In this document: piece after piece, positions 37,334 through 45,993 of the stretch
Layout: each line of letters starts with the position of its first letter
How positions within the stretch are numbered: the stretch's first letter is position 1
Source of the DNA: Methanobacteriota archaeon
GTDB lineage: Archaea; JAADCQ01; Methanopyri; Methanopyrales; Methanopyraceae
Direction: 5' to 3'
NCBI GenBank assembly: GCA_027064305.1
Contig: JAMOPY010000025.1
Span: 1-45,993 of the forward strand
DNA: 45,993 nt
Position numbers and translations under genes: made by a program
Notes under the pieces: model-generated
Database searches by the model: none
What the model was told of the DNA's origin: nothing
Seen by the model: only the letters and a program-made list of their open reading frames with translations

Positions 37334-40177
37334 CTACTCCTCCTCTTCCTCCTCCAGCACGACCTCCTTGACCACGTCCAGCACGCGGTCCACGTCCATG
37401 CCGTCGCCCCACTTCTTCGCCGGGTCGACCCGGTCCTCGCCGTACGCCAGCTGGATGATGTTGTTCGCGCTGTCACGCACGCGCCCGTCCTCGTCCACGA
37501 TGAGGTCCAGCGCCGTGGTCACGTACCGCCGGTGCAGGTAGCCCGAGTCCGCCGTGCGGAAGCCCTTGTCGATCAGGCCCTCCCGACCGCTCATCGCGTG
37601 CAGGAAGTACTCGACCATGTCCAGGCCCTCGAAGAAGCCGTGCCGGACGAAGCCGCCCTCCTTGATGCCCGGGATCAGGCTCTTCTCGAAGTGCGGCGTC
37701 ACGCGGTCCGTGTACGAGTAGTTCACGATCTTCTCCATGATGTGCTCCGTGTTGTGCTTGGCCCGGTGCGGTCGCTCGCCCATGATCGCCTGCTGCCCGC
37801 CGATCAGCGCCATGCGCGCGATGTTCGTGATGCTACCCCGCGCGCCCGACTCCGGCATGATGTACGCCGGGTTGAAGAGGTCCCGGTTCTCCTCCAGCAG
37901 CCGCTCGACCTCGGCCCGCGGGCGGTCCAGGGTGGCCATCACCTCGCTCTCGATGTTCCGCTCGATCATCTCGCCCCGCTCCACCCGGCTCCGGTTGCAC
38001 ACGTCCTCCTCCTCAACCTCCCGGAGCCGCCGCTCGCCCTCCCGGATGAGCTTCCGCGCCCGCTTGATCGCCCGCCGGCAGATTTTCTCCGCCTCCTCCC
38101 GGAACCGCCGGTAGATCTCCTCCAGCTCGTCCATGCCCAGCGTGAACCCGTACCGCGTGACGAACCGCAGGCCCAGCCGCCCGACCTTGTCCATCACCTT
38201 GAGCGCGAGCTCCGCCGCCTCGAACCACGGGTACCCCTCGCCCTTTGAGACCTTCCGCGCCGCGTACCGGTGCACGAGCTCGCCCATGATCCCGTGCACG
38301 ACCTTCTCGTCGAGGAACCCGCGCACGATCCGCCCTCGCTTGATGACCACCGTGCCGTGCTCCTCGTCCTCCGGGCACACCTGGTTCCGGATCTTCACCC
38401 CGTCCAGCCACTCCGGTAGGAACACGCTCAGCAGCTGTCGACCCGTGACCAGCGGCTCGCCCGGGCTGGGGTGCCCGCACACGAACTCCAGCCGGTGGAT
38501 CTTCCGCTCGAAGTCCCGCGAGTACTCCGCCTCCGGCTCGAGCTCCACCTCGGACGGGTCGAACCAGTCGCCCTCCTTCTTCACCTCCTCCAGGAGCTGG
38601 TACGCCTCCTTCAGCGGGATCCACGCCCGCGAGAGCAGGTGGAGGCCCACGATCGCCTCGTGGATGGGGCTGTTGCGCACGTCCTGGTGCCCGTCCTTCG
38701 GCGGCCACAGGTGGTACACGTACGCGCCCATCAGCTCGTGCACTTCGGCCCGGGCCTCCTCGGACTGCGGCACGTGCAGGTTCATCTCGTCCCCGTCGAA
38801 GTCCGCGTTGAAGCCCACGCCCATGTAGCACGCGGCCGGCAGCCGGAACGTCTTGCCCGGCATGACCTTCGTCCGGAAGCCCAGCTCGGACTGCACGTGC
38901 AGCGTGGGCTGCCGGTTGAACATGACCGGGTCGCCGTCCATGAGGTGCCGCTCGACGATGTCGCCCGGCTCGAGGTTCTCCGCCACCTGCTCCTTGTTCT
39001 CCTCCGTGATCCGGATCCGGCTCCCGTCCCGCTTGATCACGTAGTTCGCGCCGGGGTACTTGTCCGGGCCGTTCAGCACCAGCTTACGCAGCCGCTCCAG
39101 GTTCCACTCGGTGACTCGCTCGGGCACCGTGAGCTCCTTGGCCACCATCTTCGGCACGCCGAGCGTGAACGGGTCCAGCTCCGGGTCGGGCGTGATCACG
39201 GAGCGCGCCGAGAAGTTCACGCGCTTGCCCGCCAGGTTCTGCCGGAACCGTCCCTCCTTCCCCTTCAGCCGCTGCACGATGCCCTTCAGCGGCTTGCCGC
39301 CCGTCCGGTGCCGGGCGACGGGCACGCCGCCGATCTCGTTGTCGATGTACGTGGTCACGTGGTACTGCAGCAGGTCCCACTGGTCCTCGATGATGGGCTC
39401 CGGCGCGCCCGACTCGAGCGACTCCTTCAGCCGCAGGTTGACCCGGACGATGTCCACCAGCTTGTGCGTGAGGTCGTCCTCCGCCCGCTCGCCCGTCTCC
39501 AGGATGATCGACGGGCGCATGGTCACGGGGGGCACGGGGAGGACCGTGAGCACCGCCCACTCCGGTCGGGCCCGCTCCGGGTGGAAGCCGAGGATCTCCA
39601 CGTCCCCGTCCGGGATCTTCTCCAGCCAGGAGCGGACGTCCACCGGCCACAGCCGCTCGTCGTCCATCAGGATCGTCGTCGGCTTCTGGTACGTGATCTT
39701 CGGCGCCTCGGCGCCGCAGTGCGGGCAGGATTCCCGATCCTCCGCCCGCTCGACCACCTCCGCCGCGATCGACTTGACGGGGCGGATGCCCTCGCGCACC
39801 TCGCGCCGGTACTCCTCGATGTCGTCCTCCGGCAGCCGGACCCGGCCGCACTCCGGGCACGTGGCCCGGAGCACGTCCTTGATCCGCTCGGCGAAGCGCG
39901 GGTGGAGGACCGGGCGGGCCAGCTCGATGTGTCCGAAGTGCCCGGGGCACTTGCCCGCCGGCTGGCCGCACGTTCGACACCGCAGGCCCGGGTCGATCAC
40001 GCCCATCCGCGTGTCCATCACGCCGCCCTCGATGGGGTACCCGTCCTCGTCGTACGTCTCCGGCGTGGTCACCTCCACCTTGGACATCTTCCGGATCTTC
40101 TCGGGCGGGAGGATGCCGAACAGGATCCGCCGCACGTACTTGGGTGGATCTTGAACGTGCGGCTCCTCGGCGACCAT
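37334..40177 (-). CDS. rpoA1: RNA polymerase subunit A' (Rpo1N)
   Basis: CPGHFGHIELARP, RLKGKEGRFRQNLAGKRVNFSAR, NRQPTLH, NADFDGDEMN. Confidence 0.98.
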   Translation of the reverse strand: MVAEEPHVQDPPKYVRRILFGILPPEKIRKMSKVEVTTPETYDEDGYPIEGGVMDTRMGVIDPGLRCRTCGQPAGKCPGHFGHIELARPVLHPRFAERIKDVLRATCPECGRVRLPEDDIEEYRREVREGIRPVKSIAAEVVERAEDRESCPHCGAEAPKITYQKPTTILMDDERLWPVDVRSWLEKIPDGDVEILGFHPERARPEWAVLTVLPVPPVTMRPSIILETGERAEDDLTHKLVDIVRVNLRLKESLESGAPEPIIEDQWDLLQYHVTTYIDNEIGGVPVARHRTGGKPLKGIVQRLKGKEGRFRQNLAGKRVNFSARSVITPDPELDPFTLGVPKMVAKELTVPERVTEWNLERLRKLVLNGPDKYPGANYVIKRDGSRIRITEENKEQVAENLEPGDIVERHLMDGDPVMFNRQPTLHVQSELGFRTKVMPGKTFRLPAACYMGVGFNADFDGDEMNLHVPQSEEARAEVHELMGAYVYHLWPPKDGHQDVRNSPIHEAIVGLHLLSRAWIPLKEAYQLLEEVKKEGDWFDPSEVELEPEAEYSRDFERKIHRLEFVCGHPSPGEPLVTGRQLLSVFLPEWLDGVKIRNQVCPEDEEHGTVVIKRGRIVRGFLDEKVVHGIMGELVHRYAARKVSKGEGYPWFEAAELALKVMDKVGRLGLRFVTRYGFTLGMDELEEIYRRFREEAEKICRRAIKRARKLIREGERRLREVEEEDVCNRSRVERGEMIERNIESEVMATLDRPRAEVERLLEENRDLFNPAYIMPESGARGSITNIARMALIGGQQAIMGERPHRAKHNTEHIMEKIVNYSYTDRVTPHFEKSLIPGIKEGGFVRHGFFEGLDMVEYFLHAMSGREGLIDKGFRTADSGYLHRRYVTTALDLIVDEDGRVRDSANNIIQLAYGEDRVDPAKKWGDGMDVDRVLDVVKEVVLEEEEEE

Positions 40178-40179
40178 GC

Positions 40180-42144
40180 CTACTCACCCTCCTCCCGCTC
40201 CTCCTCCCGGGACAGGGGGCCGACCTCGAGGATCGTGTCCATGCCGAAGGACTTGAGCTCGTCCAGGAGGATCTTGAACGCGTAGGACATCTCCACCTTG
40301 TCCGCCCGCACCTCGCCGCAGACCGGGCAGATCGTCTTGCCCGTGGCCGCGTGCACGTAGCACAGCTCGCCGCAGTTCGGGCACACGTACGCCTCGTACC
40401 GGTCGGACTCGTCCAGCAGCCGCTCCTTGAGGAACATGGACGCGCCCCAGGCCACCAGGTCGTCCCGCTCCATCTCGCCGAACCGCAGGCCGCCCTCCCG
40501 CGCCCGACCCTCCGTCGGCTGCCGCGTGAGCACCTGGACCGGGCCGCGCGACCGGGCGTGGCACTTGTCCTTGACCAGGTGGTACAGCTTCCGGTACAGG
40601 CACACGCCCACGAAGATCTCGGCCTCGAGCTTCCGGCCCGTGCGCCCGTCGTACATGACCTCCTTGCCCGTCGGCTCGAAGCCCAGCTCCCTCAGCATCC
40701 GCTTGATCTCCTTGTACTTGTCCTTCGGCCGGGACGTGAACGCCGAGCCGTCGATGCGCTTCCCGGCCAGCGCCGCCGCCTTGCCCGCCAGCATCTCCAG
40801 GATGTGCGCGACCGTCTCTCGCGAGGGCAGCGCGTGCGGGTTCAGGATCAGGTCCGGCGTGATCCCGTCCTCCGTGAACGGCATGTCCTCCTCCGGGACG
40901 ACCATCCCGATGACGCCCTTCTGACCGTGCCGCGACGAGAACTTGTCCCCCAGCTCCGGCACCCGCTCGTCCCGGATCCGCACCTTCACCAGCTTGTGCC
41001 CGTCGCTCGTCTCCGTGATGATCACGGCGTCCACGACGCCCGAGTCCGTGTGCCGGATCGCCGTCGAGGACTCCCGCCGCTCCTCCGCCGGCAGCTCCTC
41101 CGGCCGCATCTCCTCCAGGAAGCGGGGCGGGCTCGTCTTGCCGATGATCACCGCCTTACCCTCGACCTTCTCACCCACCTCGGCCAGCCCGTCCTCGCCC
41201 AGGTGCTTGTACGCCTCCTTCGACCGGTACCCGCGCACGCCCTTCTCCGGGATGCAGAACTTGTCCTTCATCCCGCCCGGGTACGTGCGGAGCTCGTCCT
41301 CGAACGTCTTGAAGAAGTACGACCGGGCGAGGCCCCGCTCGATCGCGGACTCGTTCATGATGATCGCGTCCTCCATGTTGTACCCCTCGTACGTGAGCAC
41401 CGCCACGATCATGTTCTGGCCGGCGGGCCGCTCGTCGTAGTCGAACGCCTCCGTGCCCCGCGTCTTCACCAGGGGCCGGTGCGGGTAGAACAGCAGGTGA
41501 CCCCGCGACTCCATGCGGAGCGGGTGATTCGCGGCGTAGAAGCCCAGGGCCTGCCGGGTCATGTTCGTACCCATCGTGTTACGCGGCGCCGAGTTCGACT
41601 CCGGCCACGGGATGCAGCTGCAGCACGTGCCGAAGATCGCGGCCGGGTCCAGCTCCACGTGCGTGTACTTCCTCCGCTCCTCCTTCGGCATCGAGTAGAA
41701 CTCCTCCAGCGACTCGGCGATGAGCGCGTTCTCCTCCTCCTCGGCGTCCAGGAACTCGATGACGCCCTCCTCCTCCAGCTCCTTCCACGAGATCTCGCCC
41801 TTCCTCAGCTTCTCCAGGTGCTCCTCCGTGAGCTTGACCTCCCCGTCCTCCACGACCAGCAGCGGCCGGACGACCCGGCCCCGGTCGCAGTTCACGTGCA
41901 CCTCGTTGAGGTCCTCGTGGTACGCGATGTTGACGCGCCGGTCCAGCACGCCCTCGCGCCGCAGCCGCCGCGCCTCCTCCACGAACGCCTCCGGGTCCTC
42001 CACGTACCCGACCAGGCGCCCGTTCACGTACACCGGGGTGAGCTCCTCTTCCTCCTCCGCGCCCGCCAGCGCCCGCTCGACCGCGCGGTCCACCCGACTC
42101 TCGATGTCACCCACCTCCGCGTCCGGATCGCGCGACTCGGCCAT
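40180..42144 (-). CDS. rpoB1: RNA polymerase subunit B' (Rpo2C)
   Basis: GYNMEDA, GDKFSSRHGQKG, RQPTEGRAREGGLRFGEMERD, C-terminal CPNC/CPVC. Confidence 0.98.
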   Translation of the reverse strand: MAESRDPDAEVGDIESRVDRAVERALAGAEEEEELTPVYVNGRLVGYVEDPEAFVEEARRLRREGVLDRRVNIAYHEDLNEVHVNCDRGRVVRPLLVVEDGEVKLTEEHLEKLRKGEISWKELEEEGVIEFLDAEEEENALIAESLEEFYSMPKEERRKYTHVELDPAAIFGTCCSCIPWPESNSAPRNTMGTNMTRQALGFYAANHPLRMESRGHLLFYPHRPLVKTRGTEAFDYDERPAGQNMIVAVLTYEGYNMEDAIIMNESAIERGLARSYFFKTFEDELRTYPGGMKDKFCIPEKGVRGYRSKEAYKHLGEDGLAEVGEKVEGKAVIIGKTSPPRFLEEMRPEELPAEERRESSTAIRHTDSGVVDAVIITETSDGHKLVKVRIRDERVPELGDKFSSRHGQKGVIGMVVPEEDMPFTEDGITPDLILNPHALPSRETVAHILEMLAGKAAALAGKRIDGSAFTSRPKDKYKEIKRMLRELGFEPTGKEVMYDGRTGRKLEAEIFVGVCLYRKLYHLVKDKCHARSRGPVQVLTRQPTEGRAREGGLRFGEMERDDLVAWGASMFLKERLLDESDRYEAYVCPNCGELCYVHAATGKTICPVCGEVRADKVEMSYAFKILLDELKSFGMDTILEVGPLSREEEREEGE

Positions 42145-42163
42145 CTCGCACGCCCCCCGCGAT

Positions 42164-43774
42164 TCAGTCGGCCCGGATCAGCCCCAGGTCCTCGAGCACC
42201 TCGAGCACCTCCTCCTCGTCCGCGTCGTCGTGCACGACCTCCGCGTACAGGGCCAGGTTCTTAATCGCACCGCAGTTCGCGCCCTCCGGCGTCTCGTTCG
42301 GGCACAGCCGGCCCAGGTGCGTCGGGTGCAGGTACCGCGCCTCCTTCGGGATCGACCACTTGCCCACGCCCAGCTCCGTGGCGGCCCGGATCCGACGCAG
42401 GTGCGACATCGTGGACATCCACGTGTGCCGCTCCAGGATCTGCGAGACGCCCGTGCGCGGCCGGTAGTGACCCGTCCGCCACGTGCCCGTCGCCATGCAG
42501 CTCCGGATGTGGTCCGTGACCTTGTCCGGCCGGACGATGTACCGGATCGTCGGCTCCCGGCCCCGGGAGTACGCGCGCTCGAACTGGTACCGCATCTCCC
42601 GCGCCAGCTGCTGGAACGCGTACTCGTACGCCTCGTACAGCAGGTCGCCCGCCAGCTTGACCCGCTTGTTCGCGTAGTGATCCCGGTCCCGGATGCTCTT
42701 CACCTTCACCCGCTTGTACTTCAGCTCCAGCACCTCCCGCACCATCCGCAGGATCTCCTCCGCCTTCCGCCGGAACACCCGCTTCAACCGCTCCTCGTCG
42801 TCCAGGTCGTCCACCTCCGCGATGTGCGGGAGGAAGTACTTCGCCAGCACCTCCTTCCCGCGCCGGATCCGGTCCTCCCGCGAGTCCTCCGCCCCGGCCA
42901 GCCGCCCGATGTACTCCAGCGCGTCCTCCTGCGTCGCGATCTCCTCCCGCACCAGGATCCGCAGCTGCTCGGCCATCACCGTCGCGAACTCGCGCCCCAC
43001 CCCGTCCAGAATCTCCTCCTCGCTCAGCCCCAGCGCCCGCAGCAGGATGACCACCGGGTACCGCCGGTGCACGGCCGGCATGTCGACCACGAGCCGACCC
43101 TTCCGATCGATCACGTCCACCGGACCGCGGTACCGCTCACCCCGCGAGTACACCCGGGACCGGATCTCGTCCAGCACGCCCCGCTCCCGGATCTTCTCGT
43201 TCACCCGCCGGTTCGGCGCGATATCCTCCAGCGACATCAGCACGCGCTCCGACCCGTTGATGATGAAGTACCCGCCCGGGTCCCTCGGGTCCTCCCCCAC
43301 CTCGATCAGCTCCTCCTCGGACATCCCGTACGTGTTGCACAGCTTCGACCGCACCATCACCGGGAGCTCGCCCACGTACACCGTCTCCCGCTCCACCTCC
43401 TCCCCGTCCTCGTACATCACGATCTCCGCGTACATCGGCGCGGAGTACATCATGTTCCGCAGCCGCGCCTCCATCGGGTAGATCCGCCGCCGCGCCCCGT
43501 CCGGCTCGATGGACGACGGCTCCCCGTACTCGATCTTCTCGAACTCGATCCGGTAGCTCGCGCCCTCCACGTCCGGCTCGATCGGCTCCAGGCTCTCGAT
43601 CAACCGCTGCAGACCCTCGTCGATCAACCAGTGGTAAGACAGGAAGTGGTGAACGATGAGCGGATGCGTCCTAACGTCGCCCACCCGCTCATCGTTCCGC
43701 CGGAGATACCCCTCGAGCAGGGCGTAGTAATCCTCCTCCGACAGGGACCGAACCGGCTCCGACAAGGGCCGCAC
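42164..43774 (-). CDS. rpoB2: RNA polymerase subunit B'' (Rpo2N)
   Basis: YPMEARLRN, DPGGYFIINGSERV, DRDHYANKRV, LCPNETPEGANCG. Confidence 0.97.
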   Translation of the reverse strand: MRPLSEPVRSLSEEDYYALLEGYLRRNDERVGDVRTHPLIVHHFLSYHWLIDEGLQRLIESLEPIEPDVEGASYRIEFEKIEYGEPSSIEPDGARRRIYPMEARLRNMMYSAPMYAEIVMYEDGEEVERETVYVGELPVMVRSKLCNTYGMSEEELIEVGEDPRDPGGYFIINGSERVLMSLEDIAPNRRVNEKIRERGVLDEIRSRVYSRGERYRGPVDVIDRKGRLVVDMPAVHRRYPVVILLRALGLSEEEILDGVGREFATVMAEQLRILVREEIATQEDALEYIGRLAGAEDSREDRIRRGKEVLAKYFLPHIAEVDDLDDEERLKRVFRRKAEEILRMVREVLELKYKRVKVKSIRDRDHYANKRVKLAGDLLYEAYEYAFQQLAREMRYQFERAYSRGREPTIRYIVRPDKVTDHIRSCMATGTWRTGHYRPRTGVSQILERHTWMSTMSHLRRIRAATELGVGKWSIPKEARYLHPTHLGRLCPNETPEGANCGAIKNLALYAEVVHDDADEEEVLEVLEDLGLIRAD

Positions 43775-43777
43775 CCC

Positions 43778-44056
43778 CTACTCGGGCGGGCTCGTCACGA
43801 CCCGGTACACGACCACCTTCCCCGCGGTCGGACTCTCCCGCTCGATCCGCACGAGCGCCCCCGGACGGATCTTCCGACCGAGCTTCTCACTCAGGGCGAC
43901 GATCACCGGATCGTTCGTGTGGATCCGGGGCAGGTCGTCCTTGCTCACCCCGAGCTCCTCCAGGATCCGCTCGATCTCCTCCTCGTCCTCGATCACCTCG
44001 TGCTTCGGAACGAGCTCGTGGTTCAGCACCACGTCCGGATCCAACCGCTCGGACAT
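43778..44056 (-). CDS. rpoH: RNA polymerase subunit H (Rpo5)
   Basis: HELVPKHEVI, LPRIHTNDP, RESPTAG..YRVV. ATG at 44056. Confidence 0.95.
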   Translation of the reverse strand: MSERLDPDVVLNHELVPKHEVIEDEEEIERILEELGVSKDDLPRIHTNDPVIVALSEKLGRKIRPGALVRIERESPTAGKVVVYRVVTSPPE

Positions 44057-44564
44057 ACCCCTTCCCCCACCCCATCGGGCACGCCTCGATGCACAGTCCG
44101 CAGTCCACGCACGCACCCTCCCGAAAGGACAGGAACACCTCCCGCACGGCCACCACGGGGGGCAGGAGGCAGTCCACCCGGGGGCAGAGCTCCCAGCACG
44201 CGCCGCACCGCCGGCACGGACCCGAGACCACCGCCCGCCCCTCCCGAACCTCGATGACCCCCTCCTCACACGCCTCCGCGCAGAGCCCGCACCCCGAGCA
44301 CCGATCCACCCGCACCCACGGGTGCGGGAGCAACCACTCCGCCCGACGCTGCACCCAAGCCACCGGACACACCAGGCCCGCGAGCCCCGGGGGCAGCCGC
44401 TCCACCTCGAGCCGCTCGCAGAGCCCGCAGACCTCGCAGAAGGCCTCCCTGACCCGCTCCCGCACCCTCAGCGAACCAGTGGGGCAGGCCTCGGCGCACC
44501 GACCGCAGGCCACGCAGGCCCGGAACTCCAGCGCCGGCCGGAACCTCCTGAAATCCCGATACAA
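43887..44564 (-). CDS. Polyferredoxin (five 4Fe-4S-type Cys motifs); 3' end overlaps rpoH
   Basis: CVACGRCAEACP, CEVCGLC..CP, CSGCGLCAEAC, CRRCGACWELCP, CVDCGLCIEACP. Confidence 0.8.
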   Translation of the reverse strand: MYRDFRRFRPALEFRACVACGRCAEACPTGSLRVRERVREAFCEVCGLCERLEVERLPPGLAGLVCPVAWVQRRAEWLLPHPWVRVDRCSGCGLCAEACEEGVIEVREGRAVVSGPCRRCGACWELCPRVDCLLPPVVAVREVFLSFREGACVDCGLCIEACPMGWGKGYVRAVGSGRGAEPRARSEARGDRGRGGDRADPGGARGEQGRPAPDPHERSGDRRPE

Positions 44565-44585
44565 AGGTCCCCGACCCGGAACCCA

Positions 44586-45993
44586 CTATCGGGCCGGCGT
44601 CTCCCGGCTCACCTCCGACCTCCCACCCACGTTCTCAATGCGCCACAGCGTGTCCGCGGCCTCCTCCAGCTCCTCATCGTGCGTCACGACGATCGCCTGC
44701 CGGATCCTCCCCTCCTCCCCCAACCGCAGCTCCCTGAGCGCCTGCGCCAACCGCTCCCGGTGCTCGGAGTCCAGGTGCTCCGTCGGCTCGTCCAGCATTA
44801 TAAAAGGCGCGAAGTTCGAGCCCACCATGGCGAGCGCCAGCCTCAACGCCAACCCAATTATAACTTTTTCCCCACCGCTCATCCGATCCGCATCGATCAG
44901 GTACCCACCCGGCGCCAACGCCCGAATCCGCTCCCCATCACCCTCAATCCTCAACGACCCGTACCGATCCGACAGCGCCTCCAACAACCGGGACGCCTCC
45001 CGCTCCACCACCGGCAACAACGCCTCCCTCGCCACGTCCCGCGAGTACTTGAACCCCTCCTTCGCCAGCTCCAACGCCCCCTTCAACGACTCGAGCGCGC
45101 GACACTCCCGCTCCGCCCTCCGAAGCCTCCTCACCTCCCTCTCCAGCCCCTCACGCTCCTTACGCAGCCCCTCCAGCCGCCCCTCGCACCGCCGAAGCTC
45201 GTCCCGAGCCCGCTCGTACTCCTCCCTGACCCGCTCCATCCGCTCCTCGAGATCCTCCAACGACCCCCACTTACCCACCAACTCATCCCGCTCCTCCTCC
45301 AGCTCCCTCAACCTCTCCTCCAACTCCGACCGCCTCTCGCGTAGCCCGCGGAGCTTGTTCCGGAGCTCCTTCTCCCGCCCCACCTCCTCCCTCAGCCGCT
45401 CGTACTCCCGGACGTCCTCCCGAACCTTCCTCAGCTCCTCCTCCAACCGATCGCGCCGCTCCCTCAGCTCCTTGACCATCCGCCCCGCCTCGTCCACGTC
45501 CCCCGGGCGCTCACCCAACACCTCGCCCAGGCGGCGAAGCAGCTCCTCCCTCTCCTCACGCTTCCTCTCCAGCTCCTCCTCGAGCCGATCCAGCTCCCGA
45601 AGCCAGCCCTCAACGGCCCCGACGACCTCACACGCCTTCCTGATCCGATCCAGGTCACCGTTCAGCAGCGAATAGGCCTCCAGTCCCTTGAGCCGCTTCA
45701 CCTCCTCCAACCGCTCCTCCAGCTCGCGAACCCCCTGCCTCAACTCCCCCCGCCGATCCCGAGCCCGCTCGAGCTCAGCCTCCACCCGGTCCCGCTCCTC
45801 CTTCAGCTCCCGCTCCCGCTCCCTCAACCGCTCCAGCTCCTTCTTGACGCGCCGGAGCTCCTCCTCGGCCTCGTCACGCAGCCGCTCCGCCCGCTCGGGC
45901 GTCAGCCTCCGCAGGCAGACCGGGCACCTACCTTCCGCCTCACGCAGCTTCTCCAACCGCTCCTCCAGCTCCCGACGCTTGGAGCGGAGCCTG
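44586..45993 (-). CDS. rad50: Rad50/SbcC ATPase, C-terminal part (5' end outside the window)
   Basis: Zn hook CPVC, long coiled coil, signature MSGGE, Walker B IMLDEPT, VTHD. Confidence 0.92.
   Translation of the reverse strand, partial: RLRSKRRELEERLEKLREAEGRCPVCLRRLTPERAERLRDEAEEELRRVKKELERLRERERELKEERDRVEAELERARDRRGELRQGVRELEERLEEVKRLKGLEAYSLLNGDLDRIRKACEVVGAVEGWLRELDRLEEELERKREEREELLRRLGEVLGERPGDVDEAGRMVKELRERRDRLEEELRKVREDVREYERLREEVGREKELRNKLRGLRERRSELEERLRELEEERDELVGKWGSLEDLEERMERVREEYERARDELRRCEGRLEGLRKEREGLEREVRRLRRAERECRALESLKGALELAKEGFKYSRDVAREALLPVVEREASRLLEALSDRYGSLRIEGDGERIRALAPGGYLIDADRMSGGEKVIIGLALRLALAMVGSNFAPFIMLDEPTEHLDSEHRERLAQALRELRLGEEGRIRQAIVVTHDEELEEAADTLWRIENVGGRSEVSRETPAR

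Noticed and set aside
45100-45993. Repetitive CTC/CCG-rich tract
   Set aside because: Explained by the Glu/Arg/Leu coiled coil of Rad50.

Overview
Core-genome window from a very GC-rich (roughly 70% by eye) methanogenic archaeon. The mtrEDCBAGH order without mtrF, the SepSecS gene, the EF-2 intein and the divergent RNA polymerase point to Methanopyrus/Methanopyri. From left to right: hypF (truncated by the window edge), a putative double-HTH protein and mmp10, divergent from mcrBDCGA and mtrEDCBAGH; a CobN-type chelatase split into two divergently transcribed halves; methanogenesis marker 14, UPF0305, metE and an HTH gene; PAP2, EamA, a hypothetical gene and spcS; an RNA-modification block (NIP7-like, Nop2/RsmB, Rio2, LarB, TruD); a small Zn-finger gene and trpD; then, on the minus strand, rad50 (partial), polyferredoxin, rpoH-B''-B'-A'-A'', rpl30e, nusA, rps12, rps7 and fusA (EF-2 with a LAGLIDADG intein). 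No rRNA, tRNA, CRISPR array or IS element was seen. The best unexplained signal is a ~40-bp element containing the perfect palindrome TCGTTACGA-N3-TCGTAACGA, found twice 22.6 kb apart, each time just after a stop codon. Other leads are the head-to-head split CobN, internal promoters and start-codon tuning in mcr/mtr, candidate non-canonical starts, and kb-scale oscillation of G/C skew.
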